From Lepidodermella squamata (Eukaryota > Animalia > Gastrotricha), in NCBI GenBank assembly GCA_047495785.1, contig JBLDXI010000032.1, positions 3,658,001 to 3,722,000 on the forward strand: a stretch of DNA of 64,000 nt, given 5' to 3'. The first letter of the stretch is position 1. Each line of letters opens with the position of its first letter. Both the position numbers and the translations under genes were made by a program. The notes beneath the pieces were generated by a model, which had not been told where the DNA came from, did no database searches, and saw only the letters and a program-made list of their open reading frames with translations. Positions 51,142 to 60,904 of the stretch are shown here, piece after piece.

Positions 51142-53423
51142 CTATTTATTTTTCACATGCATACTACGGCAAACGTCGCCAACAGGCCAAAAAGGGCAGC
51201 CATCAGGGTGGTGCAGCTCAAAAAAGCACGGTCTTTCAGCGGCGACGGCTTTCGAGTTATTGTCGGGCATTGATATCGGCTTTTTGCGCGCACGGCGCGA
51301 GGCTAAAAACTGAACGGCAACCGGGTGTGGCTTCAAATATACGCATCCACTGACCACTGCGCGCGCGAAGCGATAATATTACCAGCGAAATAATATCGAG
51401 TACACATCCGAGCAACACCATCGCATCGGGTAAATACAACAAAAACAGCAGCACATAATGAAATAAAAATAATCGAAACCAATGAATAATGAATAAATCG
51501 TGGTGAGTAAATAACAACCTGCAAAGACGTGCGAGTGGTTTTTGATGAAGGTCTTCAGTCCACCATCCTGGTCCTTCAACGCCTCCATCGATTTGTCACT
51601 CAAATATTTAACCGCCTCATTGAGTGGTAGGCAACCTAATCGGAGGAATAAGCCGCGATTTGAATGAACAGTCCACCTTAAAATTCAACTAACCTCCTGC
51701 TCTCCATTCAGCTCCGTTTTTCAAAATCACAGTTTGATTGTCCTCAGTGCACCTATTCAACAAAGAATCAATCACTTCGCCCAGAATTTGCATTTTCAGA
51801 GCAATAGAAATGCCGGTGCAATTTCTGATTTCCGGCGCTTTGGGAAACAAAGGGTCGATCGCAGTCGATGATACTATCTTCGAGTCAGTTTTCACGAAAG
51901 CTTCAAGCTCCAATCGATTTTTCTCAACTTGTTCCGGCGTGAGATCAGCTCGTTTCGTGCAAACAAAGCAAACACGCTTTGTTGATGGAATCCTCAGCCG
52001 GTCGCGATGAACTTCGAAACCACAAAGGCTACATAGCCGTTCGATGTAATCCAAATATCCAGCATAAAGGCTTTTCCCGGCGACTCGTCGGTTAAATTTT
52101 GCGTGGAAATCAAACGGGCAGCAAGGTAGAAGGAAAACTTTAGAATTAGGGCCACATTTCGAGGCAATATAAGGTATCCATGGAGTTAATTCATCAGAAT
52201 GATTGCCAATAAACCATTCGGCGTCAGAGTAGATATCGAGATTATCAGCTGAAACGCCGCCCTCCTGGAGAGAATAATAAAAGCGACAATTTTCTAAGTT
52301 AAGCCATTCAGAAATTGACTCATGACGGCGAGAAGGATTTTAAAATTTCGATATTGCAGAATGACCAACGCATAAACCTCTAGAAGCTATATAATTAAAA
52401 AATACTCACGATAATTTTGCCGCCAATATTTGGGTAGATATCCCATATTTTGCGCTTTCTGGCATCAATGCCAATTCCAGAAATTTCGATATCAGAGAAC
52501 TTGGCGTTGTTGAGTGCATACGTCAAAAAGCCGTTACCGCAGCCCAAGTCCGCGAATGTTGTTTTTTTCGCTAAATCTTTGCTCTGGCGAATGATTGTCA
52601 ACAAATACGCCGCGATAGCAAGTTCTTCATATACAAACTTTTGAGGATCAGTCCGTTCAGGCCAGTTCTGATATAAAAAATTCTAATACATCATGCAGCG
52701 CACTCACTCAAGCGTGCAAACCTTGATCCAATAAGACCCAATCGAGTCTTTTAAAGTTAAATATGTCGTAAGATAAATTTCCGGATCGACTAAACGCATC
52801 GATCGCGGCTGGTCTGATGGCGTTACTTCAAACTCGGGGTTTCCCAGCCAAGCCATGGTTTTCTTGGCCAAACCATATTGCAACCAGCCTGGTGTCAAGC
52901 CAAAAGCAGAAGCAACCAATGTCGCGGGGTTCTCGCGATCGCTTTCCGAAACATAGAACGTAACCTCCTTGTTGTCAGCTGACAACTCAATTGCATAAGC
53001 GAATGATAGATCTACAGCTGGTAATGTTTTATCCAATTCGACCTCTGCATCTACTGGTCTCGATTCGGTAGAGAAAATCGCCAACATGACTCTCGCTGTT
53101 TTCACATATACGGTTAAAACCTTTAGGCATGCATTTGAACGAAATCGTGGAAAAGCTAGATATTTGCAACATTCAACGTCTTCATATTGTTTGCCGGGGA
53201 AATTAGCAACAAAAACAGCATTCAGTCTCTCGCGGTCTTTTTCTTCGAGAATTCCAGGCGCAGACGAAAATAACCGGTCGATGACAATTTGCGGCAGTTC
53301 CCATGAAAGATTGAAAGCGGTTCGTAGCTTTTTCAAAACGTGATCCGGGTCGCTTTCATGTTCTTTTGAAACAGAATCAGGCACTGGAAATACTTCCAAT
53401 TTATTCAAAATAATTTCACTCAT
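51142..53423 (-). CDS. TRMT44: tRNA (uracil-2'-O)-methyltransferase TRMT44, multi-exon
   Basis: WPERTDPQKFVYEELAIAAYL, FADLGCGNG, GIDARKRKIWD, IGNHSDELTPW, LPCCPFDF, LRIPSTKRVC and GGLKTFIKN, with terminal zinc finger CFFELHHPDGC...C..H (exon 51356-51142). Confidence 0.93.
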
Positions 53424-53455
53424 TCTACGGCACAGAAAAATGACAAAATATTATA
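53424..53455 (-). promoter_or_regulatory. 32-bp intercistronic spacer AARS2->TRMT44 with unpaired 3' splice acceptor
   Basis: Minus strand: TAA-tataatattttgtcatttttctgtgccgtAG-a-ATG. Confidence 0.65.
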
Positions 53456-56434
53456 TTATTGTTTCACAATTTTCTCGTCAGAAAATGATCGATGAAGGCG
53501 ATCTACAAACGATTCAAGATCGTTCAAGCTGCAAGTTGGTACAGCGCCATCGACTAGTAACCATTTAGGGTCTTTTTTGTCGTCGATTCGCAGACGAAAT
53601 TCTTTGATCAACGGGTCCCAAGCTTTGCGATCGGGTGGTGAATGAGGCAAGGCGCAAATGGCCCAGCTCGGTCGGTCGATCATCATTTCAGATGGCGTAT
53701 CCACAAAAATGACAGGGTTAAATGTTTTCAACTCGCCCTTTTGATGCAGCTGTTTAACCACTCCTCGAATCATTGACCGGGTGGTTTCTGTTCGGAGACT
53801 GCGCCATGCCAACTTTGCGATTACAGTCGATGAGGAAGAGCCGTCAGAAGTTAGAAAAGTCCTCTCAACGAAACCGCAGGCTTTCGCAATGGCTAGCTTA
53901 TTCAAACCTTCGATTTCGGCTGAAACTTTATCGCGAACTACGCGGGGTAGGGTTGTTGAATCAACGGAACGTCGAAGTGAAGCAAGACCAAGTAAGGTTT
54001 CATTCAGTTCAGCGGACTGCATAGCCTTCGTACTATTCAATTTTTCGACCAAATTAGCTAGACTTTCGAGAGTTCGCCGTCCTTCCGTTAAGGCTGACAC
54101 AGCAGGAGGACCGGTTATGACAGAAAACCGCTTAACGCCTTGGCGGCCACCTGACGCGCTCAAAATCACAACAGCGCCAATATCACTGGTGTCAGCGACG
54201 TGAGTACCACAACAAAGTTCTTGGCTGACCATCTCACCGATTTTAACAACTCTGACTATAGGCGGGTATTCCTCGTTAGGCAAACGCACGATTTCTTTCA
54301 CTTTACACGCTTGATCCACCGGGAGGACCTCCGTTTCGACGGATTTTCCGCAACCTTTCTTAGTCCATGCGTTAAGCTGGCTTTGAGCTTTCGCGATCAA
54401 TTCAACATCGGTGAGATTTAGCGGTGTTTGAATATCGACGGTAAAGCGGTCGGCATCAACGCTAGATCCAGCCTGGGCAGTACCAGACACAAACATATCA
54501 CTCGAATCATGCTCCTTAGCTACGTTTCGAACAGCAGCCATTGTCAAATGACAAGCTGTATGAGCCCGCATGACTGCCTGACGCCGATCTTCGTCGACGT
54601 AGATGTTGACTCGATCGCCACATGCAATTACATTTCTAGGAACCTCAACCAAATGCAAAATATAAGCCTCGCCGTGAGCGCCAACCTGCTGGACCATTCT
54701 AACCGGATATCTCGCAGGTTTCCCTTTAACTTCAATTACACCATAATCGGTTGCTTGTCCGCCTAAATTAGACGGATGAAGGTTGCTTCTATCGAAAACG
54801 AGCCATACTCTATCATCCCTTTCTGCCGCTGGAATGATAGCAACAACAGATGCTTCACACGGCGGAAAGTGATAGGCTGGCAAATGGGGAGACGAAGTTC
54901 CTTTCGCATACTTGTATTGCGGCAAATCACAAGTTGGCTTAATCTTTTGAGCTCGCAAAGTTTCCAGAGCGTTACGCGGTAAATTCTTAGTATCGGCGCC
55001 CATTTTCGAATGCTGCGTAGATGATGCCTGCTTATTTGCCTGTTTAGCCGCCAGAAGATGTTTCACTGCATCTACATCAACGTGTAAATTTATGCTCTTC
55101 GCCAGAGAAACCAGCAATTCAAAAGACATAGATGGGACTGAGCCGTCGAGTAACTGAGCTGCTATTTCAGTATTAAGGTGTCCCTTGTCCACTTCAAAAT
55201 TACGTTTATTCCGCATGCTTTGGAGGGCACGTTTCCCAGAGTTCCAAGCCGTGACAAAACGATGAGCCTCATTTTCAAGAGCATAGACTACAGCTGGCAG
55301 TCGTGTTGCCAACTCAGGAAACGCAGCAGCAATCGGTGACTCGTCAAGAACAGCTTTCGCCAACAAAGGAAATGTTTTGTGAAGTTCGGGTAATGAGCTT
55401 TCCTGAATAGCAATTATTTGGCCGAAAGCTCTTGTCAGCACTGTTCTGACCTTGTGACCAAGATCTCGATTGCTAGGTAACACTCCGTCACTGATAGAGA
55501 CCGCAGCCATGCGCGCATGATCAGCTAACACCCGATATGTGAAGTTCAAATCGTTATCCCCACGATACACATCGTCGTAAGCGGGCAGTTTATATAGTTG
55601 AGATATTTTGGTAAAAACAGACGAAAAAATGTCACTCTCGTAATTTGACCGCCCGCCATTCAAAACTGCGGTTAAACGCTCCAATCCAAGCCCCGTATCT
55701 ATATGCGACCGAGGCAACCGACGGCTACCACCTTCCGAATCTTTGGAGAAGGTGATGAAAACGATGTTCCACAGCTCCAATATATCAGGCCATGGACCAT
55801 TATTTGAAGCACCTGTCGCGTAATGAATTTCGGTGCAAGGGCCGCAAGGTCCTCCCATGTCGCCCATAGTCCAAAAATTGCTCTCACTACCAGCAGGTAT
55901 AACTTTCTCGGGTGGCAACCCAAGTTCAAGCCAAATTTCCTTTGTCTCGTCGTCCGGCGCCAATCCAAGAGAAGATTCGCCGCCAAAATAAGTCACAGTT
56001 AGACGGTTTTTATCTAGGCCGTAAACTTTTGTCAGTAAATCCCAAGCCGAATGAATAGCTTCTCTTTTGCCGGAAATACGGTTTAAAACAGCCGATTTCT
56101 TGTTCTCGAGGCCAAAGACCCATGTTCCCAGCATTTCAAATAGCGTATGATGATACCCGTCGCGACCGACATCGCCAAGATCGTTCATGCGAATGCAACG
56201 TTGAGAATTCACCGCTTTCTGAATATTTGCCATTGGGTGGTTGGTTGGTAGTATGTCGGCCTCGAAAATGCCACGAAATTGGTTCATTCCAGCATTGGTG
56301 AAGTAAGTCCCATGCCCAGTGCCACATAACACTGAGGTAGATGGAACGTGGACATGGCCGCGAGATTTGAAGTAGTCAATGAATCTAGCTCTGACTTCAT
56401 TAGCTGATAAAAACTTCTGTAATTTTTGAGCCAT
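53456..56434 (-). CDS. AARS2: Alanyl-tRNA synthetase, mitochondrial type, intronless
   Basis: FTNAGMNQF, HHTLFEMLG, NFWTMGDMGGPCGPCTEIH, ELWNIVF, IDTGLGLERL and YRVLADHAR. Editing motifs HTACH and ELCCGTH (the CCGTH form is typical of AARS2; the cytosolic enzyme has CGGTH). Confidence 0.85.
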   Translation of the reverse strand: MAQKLQKFLSANEVRARFIDYFKSRGHVHVPSTSVLCGTGHGTYFTNAGMNQFRGIFEADILPTNHPMANIQKAVNSQRCIRMNDLGDVGRDGYHHTLFEMLGTWVFGLENKKSAVLNRISGKREAIHSAWDLLTKVYGLDKNRLTVTYFGGESSLGLAPDDETKEIWLELGLPPEKVIPAGSESNFWTMGDMGGPCGPCTEIHYATGASNNGPWPDILELWNIVFITFSKDSEGGSRRLPRSHIDTGLGLERLTAVLNGGRSNYESDIFSSVFTKISQLYKLPAYDDVYRGDNDLNFTYRVLADHARMAAVSISDGVLPSNRDLGHKVRTVLTRAFGQIIAIQESSLPELHKTFPLLAKAVLDESPIAAAFPELATRLPAVVYALENEAHRFVTAWNSGKRALQSMRNKRNFEVDKGHLNTEIAAQLLDGSVPSMSFELLVSLAKSINLHVDVDAVKHLLAAKQANKQASSTQHSKMGADTKNLPRNALETLRAQKIKPTCDLPQYKYAKGTSSPHLPAYHFPPCEASVVAIIPAAERDDRVWLVFDRSNLHPSNLGGQATDYGVIEVKGKPARYPVRMVQQVGAHGEAYILHLVEVPRNVIACGDRVNIYVDEDRRQAVMRAHTACHLTMAAVRNVAKEHDSSDMFVSGTAQAGSSVDADRFTVDIQTPLNLTDVELIAKAQSQLNAWTKKGCGKSVETEVLPVDQACKVKEIVRLPNEEYPPIVRVVKIGEMVSQELCCGTHVADTSDIGAVVILSASGGRQGVKRFSVITGPPAVSALTEGRRTLESLANLVEKLNSTKAMQSAELNETLLGLASLRRSVDSTTLPRVVRDKVSAEIEGLNKLAIAKACGFVERTFLTSDGSSSSTVIAKLAWRSLRTETTRSMIRGVVKQLHQKGELKTFNPVIFVDTPSEMMIDRPSWAICALPHSPPDRKAWDPLIKEFRLRIDDKKDPKWLLVDGAVPTCSLNDLESFVDRLHRSFSDEKIVKQ

Positions 56435-56517
56435 CTATAAATAAAACAGAAATTGTTATCTAAAGCTAAGTTAATTAAAACCACTAACAAATAAAATATT
56501 TATTTTCGCTGACGGCC
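56435..56517 (-). promoter_or_regulatory. 83-bp intercistronic spacer WARS2->AARS2 with AATAAA, U-rich tract and unpaired acceptor
   Basis: Minus strand: TGA-ggccgtcagcgaa-AATAAA-tattttatttgttagtggtttt...caatttctgttttatttatAG-ATG. Confidence 0.65.
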
Positions 56518-57606
56518 TCAAAGACCGATAGCTGAAGATATTTCATTCCAATTAGCTTCAGCGATAGAACGAACTTTAGAGGCCCCATTTTCGAGCATCC
56601 GTTCAATGCCGTCTGGATCAGCTTTCAATTCCAAAAATCGAGAACGAATAGGACGAAGCGTTTCAATAATGCAATCCGCAACAACCAGCTTATAATTGCC
56701 GGTGTCATATTTGCTAGCTTCCTCAACAATATTTTCAATACTTCTGCCAGATAATGCGGCGTGAATTCCAATTAAATTTGAGACACCAGGGCGATTTGTA
56801 GGATCGTAAGATACTTTCCCGCTCATGTCTGTCACAGCTTTTCGAAGCTTCGATCTTATCATATCGGCATCATCATCAATTAAAATTCTACTTCTTTTAT
56901 CTGGGTCTGACTTGCTCATTTTGACAGCCGGGTCACGTAAGCTATGAACTCGTCTGCTCGCTTCATCATTTGTAACGAGAGGTTCAGGAACGGGGAAGAT
57001 TGGTCGCTTACTGCCAACAACTGTGTTATTGAATTTCCGAGCGATCTCCTGAGCAAGCCGTAGATGTTGTATTTGATCATCACCAACAGGAACATGAGTA
57101 GCTTTATATAGCAAAATATCGGCAGCCTGTAGTAATGGATAAGTGTAAAGTCCAACATTCACTGCTGGAACGTTGCTGTCATCCTTGGAATTGCAGTCGA
57201 CCCCGGCTTTCTGTCGCCATTGAGTCAGATGATAAAGGCGTGGTAGCGACGAATGACAAGAAAATAACCAGTAAAGCATGGTATGCTGAGGTACGTGCGA
57301 TTGTCGGTAGATGCATGCAGTTGATGGATCGATACCGCAAGCAATAAGGGCACAAGCCATTTCAAGAGAATTTTGTCGCAGCGACTCCGCTTTCTTAGAA
57401 ACGCCAGTAGTCATTGCATGCAGATCAACTATTGAGTAGATGACTTTCGAAAAATCACCGCTTTTTTGCAAGTCTGCCCATGGCTTCAAAGCGCCAAGGT
57501 AGTTCCCCAAATGCGGAACGCCGCCTGTTGGTTGAATACCAGAAAAAATTACTTTCTTGAAGTTCGAGGTATTTGCTGATTTTAGCGAACTGAACGAACG
57601 AATCAT
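56518..57606 (-). CDS. WARS2: Tryptophanyl-tRNA synthetase, mitochondrial, intronless
   Basis: FSGIQPTG, HLGNYLGA, IVDLHAMT, YPLLQAADILLY, VPVGDDQ.QH, KMSKSDP and RPGVSNL. The Ser/Lys-rich N-terminus from ATG 57606 resembles a mitochondrial presequence. Confidence 0.93.
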   Translation of the reverse strand: MIRSFSSLKSANTSNFKKVIFSGIQPTGGVPHLGNYLGALKPWADLQKSGDFSKVIYSIVDLHAMTTGVSKKAESLRQNSLEMACALIACGIDPSTACIYRQSHVPQHTMLYWLFSCHSSLPRLYHLTQWRQKAGVDCNSKDDSNVPAVNVGLYTYPLLQAADILLYKATHVPVGDDQIQHLRLAQEIARKFNNTVVGSKRPIFPVPEPLVTNDEASRRVHSLRDPAVKMSKSDPDKRSRILIDDDADMIRSKLRKAVTDMSGKVSYDPTNRPGVSNLIGIHAALSGRSIENIVEEASKYDTGNYKLVVADCIIETLRPIRSRFLELKADPDGIERMLENGASKVRSIAEANWNEISSAIGL

Positions 57607-58783
57607 GTTGATCAAGAGTAAAAGATGCAATAGTAAAACAGAAATTGACTTCCAACGCTTGCCTTCCGCTCAGATCACCCACACCCATTCGCATCTTTCA
57701 TTGAAAACTCGATTTTTTTAAAAACTACCCGCCAAAAATCATGCTATAAACACAATGAAACACAAAATCAATAAAAAATAATTTATGTTCGAGTTATCCA
57801 GAATTGAGAATTAATATAATTGAAAACAAATTGAACGGTCGCGCGGTTGGCTTTTTGATCTTTTTCATCTCGCACCCTCGCTGCCTGAACCTCTGAGGAA
57901 TGAAGAATCGCTTCGTCTGCTGCTGCTGATTGATGTGATGACGACTTTACGGTAGTTTGGAATGTTTAGCGTATTTCCGACGTGAAATAACTTGATCCTT
58001 GCTAAGTGAACTGTTCAAATTGAGTACCTGGACTGTAGGTTTGATTTAATTCTAACATTCTTAACTCAAGTTCTTCATTGAGTCCATCGACACTTTAGTG
58101 AAATTGTAGTCTGTTTTCTTTTAATTCTGTTCTAATCGGCACACATATATGGTTAATGCTCATAATTGTATAAAAAAACCTGGAGTCATCCGGGTTCGGA
58201 ACCAGACTGACACATTCATTTGGATGCTAAACAACTTGAATTCTTGTCACAATTTCGCCTACCTGCTGCAATGCTAAATGATTTGCTATCCAAATGAACG
58301 GCATTTATCATAGCTTTATTTTTGTAATTAACACGTGTATTCGGTTGTGCGATCTTAGCTCTTAGCACTGTATAATCAGTGTCAGGTTTTCAGATCATTC
58401 CATGCCCCGTTAAATCACCAGAAATGGTGGCAGGGTCCACTATCAATTAATCCATTATCCAAGATTTTGCGATACCGCTGTTGCTTAAGTTTATACTAGA
58501 GATAAAATACCCACTTGCCCCGATCAGATCTGCAACACTGCAAGCCTGCTAGCTAGTTGTAATTATTGAGTGGTTCTTACTAATACAACACTAAATGACC
58601 TAAACCCTGAACAATAAGTATTGTGAACATCTCCTTATGCCTGCTATCATGAAGATTGCGTACAGAATGCAGAATGCAGGAGTTATGGGATTTTTCTGTT
58701 GCTTAGTTGACGATCCTTGTTTCTTATCCTATGTATTCCCGATATATTATTCTTTATGATGCTAGGACAACTTCGGCTTTTAA

Positions 58784-59982
58784 ATGAAGTTGAACATTGC
58801 CTTTCCGGCTACCGGATGCCAGAAACTCTTCCTTATCGAAGAGGAGGACAAGATTCGCCACTTCTACGAACGCCGTGTCTCTCACGAGGTTGATTTGTCG
58901 TTCCTCGGCGATGAATGGAAGGTGCGTACAAACTCAAAGATTGTCCTCAGCGGGATTAATATTTTCGCGTATTTAGGGCTACATCGCCAAGATTACTGGT
59001 GGTAACGATAAGGAAGGTTTCCCCATGATGGCTGGCATCCTCTCGCCAGGTCGTGTTCGACTCCTCCTCGATTATAGTAAGCAGCTCACTATGCCAATGT
59101 TAGTTGAAATGGTGGATTTTTAATTTTAGGGCACAAGTGCTACAGGCCTCGTCGCTCTGGTGAGCGTCGCCGCAAGTCCGTCCACGGCTGCATCGTTGAC
59201 CAGAGCCTCAGCGTGCTGAGCTTGGTCATCGTCAAGAAGGGTGACGGTGAAATTCCCGGCCTCACGGACAAGACCATTCCTCGCCCCCTTGGTCCCAAGC
59301 GTGCTTCCAAGATTCGCAAGCTCTTCAACCTCTCGAAGGATGACGATGTCCGTCAATATGTTGTTAAGAAGCCTCTGCCCGATAAGGAGAGTAAGTTATC
59401 TTGAAATTAGCAGTTTAAAAATTTTCATCGACTTTTCTGCATCTAGAGAAGCGCCCCAACAAGTTCAAGCGCCCGAAGATTCAGCGTTTGATCACCCCCG
59501 TTGTCCGCCAACGCAAGCGTCATCTTATCGCTCTCAAGCGCCAGCGTCTGGCTAAGGGTCGTCAGGAAGCCGCCGAATACCACCGTCTTCTCCAGCAGAG
59601 ACAGAAGGAGGCTCGCGAGAAGAAGTTGGAGCGCAAGAGGACCATCAGCAAGACCCGCTCCAGCGAGTCTGGCAGCGTTTCAGGCACCAAGGCTGCTCCC
59701 GCTGCCGCGAAGACTGCCCCGGCTGGCAAGGCCGCCCCAGCTGCCAAGGCTCCAGCTGCGACCGGTAAGGCCGCCGCTACTGGCAAGGCTGCTCCTGCTG
59801 CTGCTGCCAAGCCCGCATCCGCCCCGGCTGGCAAGGCTGCCCCTGCCAAGGCTGCTGCTCCCGCCCCGGCTCCGGCACCGACCAAGGCTGCTGCCCCGGC
59901 TAAGGCCCCCGCTGCCGCCGCCGCTAAGCCCGCGACAAAGGCTCCAGCACCGGCGAAAGCCCCGGCTCCTAAGAAAAAGTAG
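58784..59982 (+). CDS. RPS6: 40S ribosomal protein S6 (eS6) with Ala/Pro/Lys-rich C-terminal extension, 4 coding exons
   Basis: [70 protein letters not shown] and PKIQRLITP. Strong C-ending codon bias. AATAAA at ~60049. Confidence 0.97.
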
Positions 59983-60904
59983 ATAATTTTTAAGACGAAC
60001 GAAGAGAGCGTGCTATTTGCAGAGAGTGATACTGCTGAAAAAATCTAAAATAAAGTGACGAGAGTTTACTGACAAATCACCGGCTTGTTTTGTTTCGCTT
60101 CATTTATTTCACGTTTCACTTTGATTTAGATTTTATCCATGATTGACTAAGAGCTTGCAATCAGCAATTACGCACAACTTTTTTAGGTAAGATGATAATA
60201 GATTATTGGTAGACAAGCTTTAGCACGATGCCCGATTAATCCATCCTTACTAACATCAAATAACAGAAAAGATGATATATTGAAATTGACTCATTAACAG
60301 AATTATAACCTTGGTTTTAACAACTGAACTAGCTTTTGCGGACACAGAACCTAGTCATCATGAAAGCAGCTTATGCGCCATAATCGAGTGGCGGTACCGA
60401 GAGATCGATATTGCAATTATCAAGAATTTGCGGTTAGTTATCGTTGTTCATCTTTGCACCAGAGAAAGACGCTGTATACTGAAGCAGAGTTCAGATCAGT
60501 AGGAATTGTTAGATGTTAGATGAGCTCATGAAATCCATAAACATAGAACGCGGTAGTTTCCACTCCTTGTCTGAAACCTGCGATTTGTTCTACCGCTCTA
60601 ACACAGGCAGTAAAGAGTAACGGAATTTTATTTAATTCACTCGCTTCGTAAATTGTCTAAAAGCGAAAGTGATTTTCAGCAGTCAAAAGCAGAGCTATTA
60701 TATTTTTAGGCGGAAAACACCCACAAGTCTTATTCGCACGCTCATTCTTTGGCTATTATTGATTATGTCCCTTATTTTTTTAGTTAATGCTTGAAAATGG
60801 TGGAATGATTCGGTATCTCGCTAACCGGTGACTGTTTTCCTGTTGCGCCTATCACTTATCACTATCTCGTTCAAAGATAACGCACCACAGCTTCTGAGGT
60901 TAAC

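Noticed and set aside
53424-56517. Readthrough fusion of WARS2-AARS2-TRMT44, or a horizontally acquired bacterial operon
   Set aside because: Spacers of 83 and 32 nt are out of frame. TRMT44 is eukaryote-specific and has spliceosomal introns, and the spacers carry polyA and acceptor signals rather than Shine-Dalgarno sites.
59501-59986. Overlapping Arg/Leu/Pro ORF and antisense Ala/Gly ORF
   Set aside because: Shadow frames of the GC-rich RPS6 tail repeats.
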